Shown here: positions 27,996-38,188 of the stretch, one piece after another
Layout of the letters: each line of letters starts with the position of its first letter
How positions within the stretch are numbered: the first letter of the stretch is position 1
Translations under genes and position numbers: made by a program
Assembly: GCA_963828735.1 (NCBI GenBank)
Contig: CAWHFW010000004.1
Coordinates: forward strand, 96,001-160,000
Reading direction: 5' to 3'
DNA: 64,000 nt
Source of the DNA: an uncultured Gemmatimonadales bacterium
GTDB lineage: Bacteria; Gemmatimonadota; Gemmatimonadetes; Gemmatimonadales; GWC2-71-9
The notes under the pieces: model-generated
Databases searched by the model: none
Seen by the model: the letters and a program-made list of their open reading frames with translations, nothing else
What the model was told of the DNA's origin: nothing

Positions 27996-29263
27996 TCGTC
28001 TCGGGCACGGTGCGCCTCCCGGGCGACAAGAGCATCACCCATCGCGCGTTGCTCCTCTCCGCGCTGGCGCGGGGCACGAGCTACGTCGGGGGCGCGCTCA
28101 CCTCGCTGGACGCGCGGAGCTCCGCCCGAGTGCTGCGGCAGCTGGGGGCGGAGATCTCGCCGCTTCGGCCCGGCAGCGTGGTCGCGGTGCGGGCGCGCGC
28201 GCGTTTCCGGCGCCCGGAGGCGACGCTCGACTGCGGGAACTCCGGCACCACGACGCGACTCCTCCTCGGGCTCCTGGCCGCGCACCGGTTCCGTGCCACG
28301 CTGACGGGAGATGCCTCGCTCCGCCGCCGTCCGATGCGGCGGGTGACCGGGCCGCTCGCGCGGATGGGCGCGCGGTTCGACGAGTCGGAGGGCGACGGGC
28401 TCCCGCTCACGATCCACGGCGGCCCGCTGGGCGCGTTGCGTTACGAGCTGCCCGTATCGAGCGCCCAGATCAAGAGCGCGCTCCTGTTGGCCGGCCTCGC
28501 AGGCGAGGTGGAGGTCGAGCTCCGGGAGCCGCACGGGCGCTCACGGGATCACACGGAGCGGATGCTGCGCGCGTTCGGCTATCGCGTGGAGGAGGCCGAC
28601 GGCTGGATCCGCTTCGCCCCCACGGGAAGGCTCCAGCCGTTCGAGCTCCAGGTGCCTGGGGATCCATCCTCCGCGGCTTTCCTCGTGGGCGCCGCCACGC
28701 TGGCCGAGGCGGGCGAGCTCCGCATCGCGGCGGTGAACGTGAACCCCACGCGGGTCGGGTTCCTCGCCGTGCTGGGCCGGATGGGCGCCCCGGTGTCGAT
28801 CGAGGACTCGAGCGAGCACTTCGGAGAGCCGGTGGGCGATCTGGTCGCGCGACCGGCCCCACTCCGTGGGACCGAGGTCGGGGCGGGGGAGATTCCGGCT
28901 CTGATCGACGAGATCCCGCTGTTGGCCGTGCTCGCGTCGCGTGCGCAGGGCGAAACCATCTTCCGCGAGGTCGGCGAGCTTCGCGTCAAGGAGAGCGATC
29001 GCCTCGGCCTCATCGCCGAGAACCTTCGGTCGGTGGGGTGTCGCGCCGAGGTGTTGGGAGACGATCTCCACGTGGAAGGCAGCGACCTGCCGCCACGCGG
29101 TCCCGTCCGCGCCGCCGGTGACCACCGCCTCGCGATGGCCTTCACCGTTCTCGGCACCGTAGCCGGCGCCCGGATCCGGGTGGACGACATGGCGTGCGCG
29201 GCCGTCAGCTTTCCGCGGTTCCCCGAGACGCTGCGCGCCCTCGCGCGAAAGGCTGGGACGTGA
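27992..29263 (+). CDS. aroA: EPSP synthase
   Basis: PGDKSITHRA, DCGNSGTT, SAQIKSA, ELRVKESDR, DHRLAMA. Confidence 0.97.
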   Translation: MIVSGTVRLPGDKSITHRALLLSALARGTSYVGGALTSLDARSSARVLRQLGAEISPLRPGSVVAVRARARFRRPEATLDCGNSGTTTRLLLGLLAAHRFRATLTGDASLRRRPMRRVTGPLARMGARFDESEGDGLPLTIHGGPLGALRYELPVSSAQIKSALLLAGLAGEVEVELREPHGRSRDHTERMLRAFGYRVEEADGWIRFAPTGRLQPFELQVPGDPSSAAFLVGAATLAEAGELRIAAVNVNPTRVGFLAVLGRMGAPVSIEDSSEHFGEPVGDLVARPAPLRGTEVGAGEIPALIDEIPLLAVLASRAQGETIFREVGELRVKESDRLGLIAENLRSVGCRAEVLGDDLHVEGSDLPPRGPVRAAGDHRLAMAFTVLGTVAGARIRVDDMACAAVSFPRFPETLRALARKAGT

Positions 29264-29970
29264 GGGGACGCGTCATCGCCATCGATGGGCCGTCGGCCTC
29301 CGGGAAATCCAGCACGGCCCGCGCCGTGGCCGAAGCGCTCGGCTTTGCACACCTGGATTCGGGGGCCCTCTATCGCGGGGTCACGCTGGTCGCGCTCCGC
29401 GAGGCCGCCCGCCGGAACCGCGCGCACGAGGATCCGCTCGACGTACTCGATCCCGAGACGCTGCTCCGGTCGGCGGAAGACCGCGGGCTCATGCTTCAGC
29501 CCGACGGCGCCGGGTTCGCCGCGTATCTGGAGGGGGAGCCCGTCGACACTGAAATCCGGGGCGCCCGCGTCACCAGCTGCGTCTCGGCCGTGTCCGCCGT
29601 GCCGGTGGTCCGCGAATGGATCAATTCCCGGCTTCGCGCCATGGTTCGTGCGGGCCGGGACGTCGTAGTGGATGGACGGGACATCGGGACGGTGGTCTTT
29701 CCGGACGCGGATCTCAAGATCTTCCTCACGGCATCCGCCGCGGTTCGCGCGGGCAGGCGAATCAGCCAGCGCGGGACGGAAGTGGATCCCACACTCCTCG
29801 AGGCCGAAGCCGCTGCCCTGGCTGCGCGAGATCACGCGGACTCGACCCGAAAGGCCGCGCCGCTCCGGCCGGCGGACGACGCCGTCCTGCTCGACACCTC
29901 CACGCTCGCCTTCGCGGAGCAGGTCAGTCGCATCGTGGAATTGGCCCAACCCGTCCTCGCGCGTCGCTAG
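29260..29970 (+). CDS. cmk: Cytidylate kinase
   Basis: IAIDGPSASGKSS, DSGALYR, DGRDIGTVVFPDA. Confidence 0.97.
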   Translation: MRGRVIAIDGPSASGKSSTARAVAEALGFAHLDSGALYRGVTLVALREAARRNRAHEDPLDVLDPETLLRSAEDRGLMLQPDGAGFAAYLEGEPVDTEIRGARVTSCVSAVSAVPVVREWINSRLRAMVRAGRDVVVDGRDIGTVVFPDADLKIFLTASAAVRAGRRISQRGTEVDPTLLEAEAAALAARDHADSTRKAAPLRPADDAVLLDTSTLAFAEQVSRIVELAQPVLARR

Positions 29971-30088
29971 AGGTCGCTAGACGGTTCGGGGTCTCGGGGC
30001 CCGCGGTGGCCAGAAGAGAAGCTCCCACCGCTCCTATCCAATGCCGGGCTCTCCGCCCCCTCGGGATCTGCGCCCGTCCCCTTGCTGT

Positions 30089-30487
30089 CTAGTGAACCTC
30101 CCCCGACTCACCGGCGTCATCCAGGAGTCGCCGCACGGCTTCGAGCAGGTTGTCTGGAAGGAAGGGTTTGGGGAGGAACAGCCCCGGCGCCTGGCCGATG
30201 ACCCCGAAGCCCGAGACGAACAGGATCGGCACCCAGATGGCCCGATCGCGCAGCGCGGCCGCGAGGGCGAGGCCGTCCATGCGCGGCATCCGGATGTCGG
30301 TCACCACCGCGGAGATCTCCGGCCCGTTGGTGGCGAAGAGCTCCAGGGCCTGCCGCCCGTCCTCCGCCAACAGCACGCGATAGTGGGCCTCGAGGCTCGC
30401 CGCCATGATGCGGCGCATCTGCGGCTCGTCGTCCACGACGACGAGGAGGGGTCGGGTGTCCTGGGTGGTGTCGGCCGGGTTGGTCAC
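30089..30487 (-). CDS. Stand-alone response regulator receiver protein
   Basis: VVDDE, TDIRMPRMDG, FVSG, KPF; GTG 30487 chosen because TACATT lies 7 nt upstream (alternative ATG 30523). Confidence 0.9.
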   Translation of the reverse strand: MTNPADTTQDTRPLLVVVDDEPQMRRIMAASLEAHYRVLLAEDGRQALELFATNGPEISAVVTDIRMPRMDGLALAAALRDRAIWVPILFVSGFGVIGQAPGLFLPKPFLPDNLLEAVRRLLDDAGESGEVH

Positions 30488-30631
30488 GCCAACCAATGTA
30501 TCGGTCGCGGGGGCAGGCGTCATTACTTCGGCGCAGCGACAGGAGCCGATGATCGTTAGGCGAAGGGAGCGCCGCCATCCGCCCGGGAGGCGGGTCGATT
30601 CCCCCGGTCTCTACCAACTGCTTGTGGCACC

Positions 30632-30660
30632 TTGCGTTGCCATTATTACGCTCTTATCCT
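30632..30660 (+). promoter_or_regulatory. Sigma70 promoter of rpsA
   Basis: TTGCGT-N17-TATCCT, followed by a hairpin-containing leader of about 90 nt. Confidence 0.6.
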
Positions 30661-30755
30661 ACATGGCTTCCTCCGGCGGCACTTCCGCGGCCGGAGGCCA
30701 TTCCCCTCTCCCGCGGCCCCGATGGCGCGGTAGTACAAAGGACGGCCAGCAGCGC

Positions 30756-32465
30756 ATGCTCGATCAACTTCAACCTTCGGCCCACGACCAGTTCATCTCC
30801 CCCACCGGTCTCCGCGTCCGGCAGGACCTCTACGACGAAGACTACTCCGACGAAGACTACGAGCAGATGCTCTCGATGTACGAGGGCACCATGGCGCAGA
30901 TCGTCGAGGGTGAGATCGTCAAGTCCAAGGTCCTCCGCGTCACCGACAACGCCGTCATCCTCGACGTCGGCTTCAAGTCGGAAGGCTCGGTTCCCCTCGA
31001 CGAGTTCAAGGATCCCCAGTCGCTCAAGGAAGGCGACGAGGTGGAGGTCTTCCTCGAGCACCTCGAGGACCAGGAGGGCGCGGTCGTCCTCTCGAAGAAG
31101 AAGGCCGACTTCATGCGGGTCTGGGAGAAGATCCGCGTGGCCCACGAGAGCGATCAGCCGGTCGAAGGCACGCTGGTGAAGAAGATCAAGGGCGGCGTGG
31201 TCGTGAACCTGATGGGTGTCGACGCGTTCCTCCCCGGCAGCCAGATCGAGATCCGGCGGGTGCCGAACATCGACGAGCTCCTCGGGCAGACCTACGAGTT
31301 CAAGATCATCAAGCTCGACGAGCGCCGGCGGAACATCGTCGTGAGCCGCCGCGTCATCCTCGAGAACGAGCGCGCCCACAAGCGCGAGCACCTGATGAAG
31401 GAGCTCGCGGTCGGCCAGGTACGCAAGGGCGTGGTCAAGAACATCACCGACTTCGGTGCCTTCGTCGACCTCGGCGGCGTCGACGGCCTGCTCCACATCA
31501 CCGACATGTCCTAGGGCCGGGTATCCCACCCGACCGAGATGGTCGCGATCGACAAGGAAGTCGAGGTGAAGATCCTCGACATCGACAGGGAGCGCGAGCG
31601 GATCAGCCTCGGCATGAAGCAGCTCCAGTCGTATCCCTGGCAGAACGTCGCGGCCAAGTACCCGGTCGGCACGCGGGTGCAGGGCAAGGTCGTCACGATC
31701 ATCAACTACGGCGCCTTCGTCAAGCTCGAGCCGGGCATCGAAGGCCTGGTCCACATCTCCGAGATGAGCTGGACCCGGAACGTCCGACACCCGTCGAAGA
31801 TCGTGAGCATCGGCGACACGATCGAGGTCGTGGTGCTCAAGGTGGACGAGGCGAAGGAGAAGATCTCGCTCGGCATGAAGCAGACCGAGCAGGATCCCTG
31901 GATGGTGCTCCCGCTCAAGTACCCGGTGGGCACCCGGATTCAGGGCAAGGTCCGGAACCTCACCAGCTACGGCGCCTTCGTCGAGATCGAGGAGGGCATC
32001 GACGGCCTGCTCCACATCTCCGACATGAGCTGGACCAAGCGCGTGCAGCACCCGTCCGAGGTGGTCAAGAAGGGCGACAGCGTCGACGTGGTGATCCTCA
32101 ACATCGATGCCGAGAACAAGCGGATCAGCCTCGGGCTCAAGCAGGCCGAGGAGGATCCCTGGCTCCGGATCGGGGAGACCTATCCGATCGGCCTTGAGCT
32201 CCGCGGCCGCGCCGTCCGCCTGATGGACAAGGGCGTCGTCGTGGATCTCGGCAACGACATCGAGGGCTTCGTGCCGATGTCGCAGCTCGGCGTCGCGAAC
32301 ATCGAGAACCCGGGCGACGCGGTAAAGGAAGGCCAGGCGCTCGATCTCAAGGTGCTGGAGGTCGACCCGATCCATCACCGGATCGTGCTCGCGGTGGTCG
32401 GGTACCCGGACGAGCCCATCGTCCCACCGATCAGGCCGGTCTACGAGGAGAGCAAGGCCGAGTAA
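30756..32465 (+). CDS. rpsA: 30S ribosomal protein S1, with an in-frame TAG at 31512-31514
   Basis: Repeated S1 domains; ORFs 30405-31514 and 31539-32465 share a frame; ITDMS*GRVSHP where the other repeats read SW. Confidence 0.95.
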
Positions 32466-32491
32466 CCACTCCTCCTCCATTCCGCAGCATC

Positions 32492-32521
32492 CGGGGGGTA
32501 CGCCGAAAGGTGTACCCCCCG
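32492..32521 (+). terminator. Hairpin downstream of rpsA
   Basis: CGGGGGGTACGCC-GAAA-GGTGTACCCCCCG; no U-tract. Confidence 0.6.
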
Positions 32522-32685
32522 TGCATTCGCACCCCTGGTCGCGTGAGTCATGGGTGCGGGCGCCTCCGGCCCTCCTTCTGAGGGTGCGATGCGCGCGCTA
32601 TCTTAGGCCGCCCGCGCGAGGGTCGCGGTGAGATCGAAGAGCCGCCGCGCGCCGCCCGGCGGCGGCGCCGCATCGGAGAGCCGCC

Positions 32686-33954
32686 ATGTTCGTCACCAGC
32701 GACCCGACCAGACCAACGCCCATTCCCGTCCCTTCGGCCGCCGCACACCAGCACGCCTCCTTCGACCCCGATTCCGCGACCGAGGCCTACCTGGCCACGG
32801 TCCCGGCCGACCTTCGCGCCCGTTCACATGCATACACCGACGGCGGCTACTGGCTCGGGCTCTGGAGCCTCCTTCTGAGCGCCGCCATCCTGCTCCTGCT
32901 CCTTCACCGCGGCTGGTCGGCTCGCGCCAGGGACTGGAGCGAGCGGATGAGCCGCAGGCGTCCAGTGCAGGTGGCGCTCTACTACGGTGCCTTCACGCTG
33001 GTCGTCACCCTGCTGAGCTTCCCGCTCACGGTGTACGCGGGCTACTTCCGGGAGCATGCGTACGGGCTCTCGACGCAGGGCTTCGGCGGCTGGCTTCGGG
33101 ATCAGGCGGTGGCGCTCGTGGTCTCACTCGTGCTCGGCGGCATCGCGACGCCGGTGCTCTACGGCGTGCTGCGCCGGTTCCCCCGCGGCTGGACGGCGAT
33201 CGGCTCGGTGGTGAGCATAATCTTCCTCGTCGTCGGCGGGGTGATCGCCCCGGTGTTCATCGCCCCACTGTTCAATCGCTACACCCCGCTCACCGACGCC
33301 CGGATCCGCGATCCGATCCTTCGTCTCGCCCACGCCAACGGGATCGCGGTCGACCGGGTCTACGTCATGGATGCCTCCCGGCAGACCACGCGCATCAGCG
33401 GGAACGTGTCGGGCCTCCTCGGCACCGAGCGCATCACGCTGAACGACAATCTGCTCCGGCGGGCGACGCTGCCGGAGATCGAAGCGGTCATGGGTCACGA
33501 GATGGGTCACTACGTGATGGGCCACATCTATCAGTTCCTGGTCTTCTTCGCCCTGGTGATTCTGGCGGGTTTCGCCGTGCTCCGACTGGTCTTCGCCTGG
33601 GCCCTCGAACGCTGGGGCCGGCGGTGGGGCGTGCGCGGCATCGACGACCCGGCCGGGTTTCCGCTGATCATGCTGATCTTCTCGGCCTACCTCGCGCTGC
33701 TCACGCCGATCATCAACACGTACGTGCGGACCGCCGAGACGGCAGCGGACGCCTTCGGCCTCAACGCGGCGCGCCAGCCGGATGGGTTCGCGCAGATCGC
33801 CCTCAAGCTCGCCGAGTACCGCAAGCTCGATCCGGGGCCGGTCGAGGAGCTGCTCCTGTTCGATCATCCCAGCGGACGCTCGAGGATCCGCATGGCGATG
33901 CGATGGAAGGCCGCGCAGCTCGACTCCCTCCCGGTCCCGGCGCCGCCTCGCTGA
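32686..33954 (+). CDS. M48 (Ste24-like) metallopeptidase
   Basis: GHEMGH, E..AD.FG, DHPS; multiple TM segments. Confidence 0.93.
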   Translation: MFVTSDPTRPTPIPVPSAAAHQHASFDPDSATEAYLATVPADLRARSHAYTDGGYWLGLWSLLLSAAILLLLLHRGWSARARDWSERMSRRRPVQVALYYGAFTLVVTLLSFPLTVYAGYFREHAYGLSTQGFGGWLRDQAVALVVSLVLGGIATPVLYGVLRRFPRGWTAIGSVVSIIFLVVGGVIAPVFIAPLFNRYTPLTDARIRDPILRLAHANGIAVDRVYVMDASRQTTRISGNVSGLLGTERITLNDNLLRRATLPEIEAVMGHEMGHYVMGHIYQFLVFFALVILAGFAVLRLVFAWALERWGRRWGVRGIDDPAGFPLIMLIFSAYLALLTPIINTYVRTAETAADAFGLNAARQPDGFAQIALKLAEYRKLDPGPVEELLLFDHPSGRSRIRMAMRWKAAQLDSLPVPAPPR

Positions 33955-33994
33955 CCCTCTCGGGCCGGTCGGGGGAGCCTTATATTCTCCGGCC

Positions 33995-35548
33995 ATGGCC
34001 GACCCCAGACAGCTGCTGGACCAGCTCCATCATCGCCAGACTCTCGCCGAACAGGGTGGGGGCCCCGCGCGCGTGGCGCAGCAGCACAAGAAAGGCAAGC
34101 TCACCGCGCGCGAGCGGCTCGACCTCCTGCTGGACGAGAGCAGCTTCGTCGAGCTCGACCGCTTCGTGACCCACCGTTCGACCGACTTCGGCCTGGACCA
34201 GCACGTCATTCCCGGCGACGGCGTGGTGACCGGATGGGGCCGGATCGACGGACGGCTGGTCTACGTCTTCTCGCAGGACTTCACCGTGTTCGGCGGCTCG
34301 CTGTCGGAGGCGCACGCGGAGAAGATCTGCAAGGTGATGGATCTGGCCCTCCGGAACGGCGCGCCGGTCATCGGGCTGAACGACTCCGGCGGCGCGCGGA
34401 TCCAGGAGGGGGTCGCGTCGCTCGGCGGCTACGCCGACATCTTCCTGCGGAATACGCTCGCCTCGGGCGTCGTCCCCCAGATCTCGGCGATCCTCGGCCC
34501 CTGCGCGGGCGGCGCCGTGTACAGCCCCGCCATCACCGACTTCATCTTCATGGTCCGCGGCGTGAGCTACATGTTCGTCACCGGGCCGAACGTGGTGAAG
34601 ACGGTGACGCACGAGGAGGTCACCTTCGACGAGCTGGGCGGGGCCGACGTGCACGGCGGGACGTCGGGCGTCTCCCACTTCGTGCACGACACCGAGCCCG
34701 AGACCATCCAGGCCATCCGCGAGCTGGTCGGCTACCTGCCGCTCAATAACCTCGACGATCCGCCCCTCCGACCGAGCCAGGACCCCGTGGATCGGCGCGA
34801 CGAGGCGCTGCTGGAGCTGGTGCCGGATACCTCGAGCAAACCCTACGACATGCACGGCGTGATCGGCCGGGTCGTGGACGACGGCGCATTCCTCGAGGTG
34901 CATCGCGGATACGCCGACAACATCCTGGTCGGCTTCGCGAGGCTGGGCGGCCGGCCGGTGGGCATCGTGGCCAACCAGCCGGCGGTCCTGGCCGGCGTGC
35001 TCGACATCAACGCCTCACTCAAGGCCGCGCGGTTCATCCGGTTCTGTGACTGCTTCAATCTCCCCGTCGTCACCTTCGTCGACGTCCCCGGGTTCCTGCC
35101 CGGCGTCACCCAGGAGCATGGCGGCATCATCAAGCACGGCGCCAAGCTCCTCTTCGCCTACTGCGAGGCGACGGTGCCCAAGCTGACGGTCATCACCCGC
35201 AAGGCGTACGGTGGCGCCTACGACGTCATGAGCTCCAAGCACATCCGGGGCGACGTGAACCTGGCCTGGCCCTCCGCCGAAATCGCGGTGATGGGTCCCA
35301 AGGGGGCGGTGGAGATCCTCTTCAAGGACGAGATCGCCCGGGCCGACGATCCCCCGACGGCTACGGCGCGCCTCATCGACGAGTACACCGGCAAGTTCGC
35401 CCATCCCTATGCGGCCGCGGCCCGGGGCTACATCGACGACATCATCGATCCCCGCGACACGCGTCCCAGGCTCATCGAGGCGCTCCTTACGCTCCGGACC
35501 AAGCGGGACCGAAATCCGTCCAAGAAGCACGGGAACATTCCGCTATGA
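33995..35548 (+). CDS. pccB: Acyl-CoA (propionyl/methylmalonyl-CoA) carboxyltransferase subunit
   Basis: [36 protein letters not shown]. Confidence 0.93.
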   Translation: MADPRQLLDQLHHRQTLAEQGGGPARVAQQHKKGKLTARERLDLLLDESSFVELDRFVTHRSTDFGLDQHVIPGDGVVTGWGRIDGRLVYVFSQDFTVFGGSLSEAHAEKICKVMDLALRNGAPVIGLNDSGGARIQEGVASLGGYADIFLRNTLASGVVPQISAILGPCAGGAVYSPAITDFIFMVRGVSYMFVTGPNVVKTVTHEEVTFDELGGADVHGGTSGVSHFVHDTEPETIQAIRELVGYLPLNNLDDPPLRPSQDPVDRRDEALLELVPDTSSKPYDMHGVIGRVVDDGAFLEVHRGYADNILVGFARLGGRPVGIVANQPAVLAGVLDINASLKAARFIRFCDCFNLPVVTFVDVPGFLPGVTQEHGGIIKHGAKLLFAYCEATVPKLTVITRKAYGGAYDVMSSKHIRGDVNLAWPSAEIAVMGPKGAVEILFKDEIARADDPPTATARLIDEYTGKFAHPYAAAARGYIDDIIDPRDTRPRLIEALLTLRTKRDRNPSKKHGNIPL

Positions 35549-35595
35549 GGTCCCGGCCTAGCGAAGTTGGAAGTGCTTGGGCATTATTGGCGTGC

Positions 35596-36609
35596 ATGCA
35601 CACTTCGCCTCCCTCCGTGGAGACGGCCCCCCGGCCGGTCAGAAGGTCGCGCATTCGCGGCCTCCTCGGTGTGCTGCTCGCGCTCGCCTCGGCCTCGCCG
35701 GTGGTGGCGCAGGGCGCGATCGACCCGAACGTCGCACCACGGGCCGCCGCCCTTGAGCGCGAGGGCGAGCGCCAGATGGCAATCGACCTCCTCGGACACT
35801 ACCTCGCCACCGCCCCCGACGACGGACGCGCCTGGCTTCAGCTGGGCCGGTTCTACCTGTTCGACGCCCGCGATTGGCACCTGCACGGGCATCGCGGCGA
35901 CCCCGACGGTCTTCTCTATCTCGAGTTCGCGGCGACCGCCCTCGACCAGGCGGCCCGCCTGTCGGTGGATTCCGGCGTGGTTCTGCGCGGCGTCACCGAC
36001 ATGGACCGTGCGCTGGTCATGGTGGAGGACTCGGGCTGGGAGGCGGCGCGAGCGTCCCCGCCGCGGCCCGATGCGGCGGCGATGCCGGCGTATATCGTCG
36101 AGCTCGGCGCCAACCTCCTGACCTCGTGTCCCTCGGGTGGCGTCCTCCTGACGGGAAGCGAGCTCGAGGCGGTCTCGGTCTGGTACGGCAGCCTCCAGCG
36201 CGCTCCCCTCGACATCCTCCCGATCCGCCCCGATCTCTACGCCACCGATTCCCTGTATCGCATCCGCATGGCCGCGGCCATGGGAGTCGACCCCCGGCTG
36301 CCGGTCCAGCGGGCCCTCGCCGAGGTCGCGGCCAAGCGCACGATCTGCCTGAGCCCGACGACGGACCTGGCGGCCGCGCCCGCGCTCACGTGGATTCCGT
36401 TCCGCCTCGTCCGGATCAGCCGAACCGCGTCCAACGGACCGGACGCGTTGAGCGTGGCCGAGCTGCTCAAGGCCTCTCGCCAGCTCCGCTCGCCATGGGT
36501 CGTGGACGTGCAGGATGTCTACGCCGCCGCCGCCCGTTACAACGCCCTGCTCTGCACCAGTCTGCTCCTCTACTTCGGGGACACGCCACCCGCGGGATGC
36601 AGGCAGTAG
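35596..36609 (+). CDS. Hypothetical exported protein with TPR-like N-terminus
   Basis: Signal-like segment; YLATAPDDGRAWLQLGR; start uncertain. Confidence 0.7.
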   Translation: MHTSPPSVETAPRPVRRSRIRGLLGVLLALASASPVVAQGAIDPNVAPRAAALEREGERQMAIDLLGHYLATAPDDGRAWLQLGRFYLFDARDWHLHGHRGDPDGLLYLEFAATALDQAARLSVDSGVVLRGVTDMDRALVMVEDSGWEAARASPPRPDAAAMPAYIVELGANLLTSCPSGGVLLTGSELEAVSVWYGSLQRAPLDILPIRPDLYATDSLYRIRMAAAMGVDPRLPVQRALAEVAAKRTICLSPTTDLAAAPALTWIPFRLVRISRTASNGPDALSVAELLKASRQLRSPWVVDVQDVYAAAARYNALLCTSLLLYFGDTPPAGCRQ

Positions 36610-36611
36610 CC

Positions 36612-36685
36612 AGGACGGAGACGACCGAGGGGATGAAGAGGGATTGCCTGGCCGCCCTTTTTGTCCTCTCGGCCGTTTCCGTCCT
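36612..36685 (+). promoter_or_regulatory. Long RNA hairpin upstream of accC
   Basis: 31-position stem (25 Watson-Crick, 5 G-U, 1 mismatch) with a 12-nt loop. Confidence 0.65.
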
Positions 36686-36694
36686 CTCCGTTTC

Positions 36695-38188
36695 GTGAAC
36701 CGGGTTCTCATCGCCAACCGCGGCGAGATCGCGTTGCGCATCGTTCGCGCCTGCCACGAGGAGGGGCTCGAGGCGGTCGCCGTCTATTCCGCCGCGGACC
36801 ACGGGAGTCCGCACGTGCGGGCGGCCGACCGGGCCGTCGCCATCGGACCCGCCAGCCCGTCCCAGAGCTACCTGAACATCGAACGCCTCATCGAAGCGGC
36901 CCGCGAGGCCGGCGCGGACGCGGTACATCCGGGCTACGGATTTCTCGCCGAGCGTGCCGCCTTCGCGGAGGCCGTCGAGGCGGCAAACCTCATCTGGATC
37001 GGGCCGCCACCGTCGGCGATCCGCGCGATGGGCGACAAGACGGAGGCCCGCCGGCGCATGCAGCTCGCGGGCGTCCCCATCGTGCCCGGGGCCAGCGCGC
37101 CGATCGACGACATCGGCCCCGCGCTAGGTCTGGCGCGCGAGGTGGGGTACCCGGTCATGGTAAAGGCGGCGGCCGGTGGCGGCGGCAAGGGCATGCGGGT
37201 GGTGCGCACGCCGGACGAACTGCCGGGTGCGCTCGAGACCGCCGCGAGCGAGGCGCTCAAGGCCTTCGGGGACGCGAGCGTCTATCTCGAGAAGCTGATT
37301 CAGCAGCCACGCCACGTCGAAATCCAGGTGCTCGCCGACGACCACCGCACGATGCACCTCGGCGAGCGCGAGTGCTCCATCCAGCGGCGCCACCAGAAGC
37401 TGGTCGAGGAAGCGCCCTCGGTCGCGGTCGACGCCGAGCTGCGCGAATGGATGGGCGCGGCCGCGGTGTCCGCGGCCGAGGCGGTGGGCTACCGGGGCGC
37501 CGGCACCTGCGAGTTCCTGCTGGCGCCCGACCGCTCGTTCTACTTCCTCGAGATGAACACCCGGATTCAGGTGGAGCATCCGGTGACCGAGCTGGTCTAT
37601 GGGGTGGACCTCGTGCGGGAGCAGCTCCGGATCGCCGCGGGCGAGCCCATGCGCGTGCACGCCGGCTGGCTCAACCCCCGCGGCTGGGCGATGGAGTGCC
37701 GCATCACGAGCGAAGATCCAGCCAACGGCTTCCTGCCCAGCACGGGACGGATCGAGTACCTGCGCATTCCCGGCGGCCCGGGCGTTCGCTGGGACGGAGG
37801 GGTCGACGTCGGAGACGAGGTCACCCTGTACTACGACTCGATGCTCGCGAAGCTGATCGTGTGGGCCCCCGACCGGCCGCAGGCCATTCGCCGGATGCGC
37901 CGCGCGCTCGAGGAGCTCGCCGTCCTCGGTGTCGCGACCAACCAGGGTTTTCACCGTCGCCTGCTGGCCGATCCGGCGTTCGAGGCCGGTGACATCGACA
38001 TTCAGTTCCTCGACCGGCGGCCCGACCTGGTTCAGCCGGCGCCGAGCGAGGACGAGGTGGTCCGCCTGGTCGTCGCCGCCGCGTTGGCGGAGGACCAGGC
38101 GCGAGGCGCGCGCCGTCCGGTGCTGGGTGGTGACGATGGCGCCAGCGAGGCCTGGACCCAGCGCGCCCGACTCGAGGGACTTCGGTGA
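36695..38188 (+). CDS. accC: Biotin carboxylase
   Basis: VLIANRGEIA, HPGYGFLAE, GGGGKGM, FLEMNTRIQVEHPVTE. Confidence 0.96.
   Translation: MNRVLIANRGEIALRIVRACHEEGLEAVAVYSAADHGSPHVRAADRAVAIGPASPSQSYLNIERLIEAAREAGADAVHPGYGFLAERAAFAEAVEAANLIWIGPPPSAIRAMGDKTEARRRMQLAGVPIVPGASAPIDDIGPALGLAREVGYPVMVKAAAGGGGKGMRVVRTPDELPGALETAASEALKAFGDASVYLEKLIQQPRHVEIQVLADDHRTMHLGERECSIQRRHQKLVEEAPSVAVDAELREWMGAAAVSAAEAVGYRGAGTCEFLLAPDRSFYFLEMNTRIQVEHPVTELVYGVDLVREQLRIAAGEPMRVHAGWLNPRGWAMECRITSEDPANGFLPSTGRIEYLRIPGGPGVRWDGGVDVGDEVTLYYDSMLAKLIVWAPDRPQAIRRMRRALEELAVLGVATNQGFHRRLLADPAFEAGDIDIQFLDRRPDLVQPAPSEDEVVRLVVAAALAEDQARGARRPVLGGDDGASEAWTQRARLEGLR

Noticed and set aside
30624..30641. Sigma54-like TGGCAC...TTGC upstream of rpsA
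   Set aside because: Spacing is GG-N11-GC rather than N10; a sigma70 promoter explains the site.
30756..32465. Genome-wide TAG reassignment
   Set aside because: TAG correctly terminates many conserved genes here (rpsI, rpsB, pnp, cmk, rseP, folC).
30654..32480. Long antisense ORFs opposite rpsA (and likewise opposite pnp, glgX, mreB, mrdA)
   Set aside because: Expected shadow ORFs from high-GC3 codon bias; no recognisable protein motifs.
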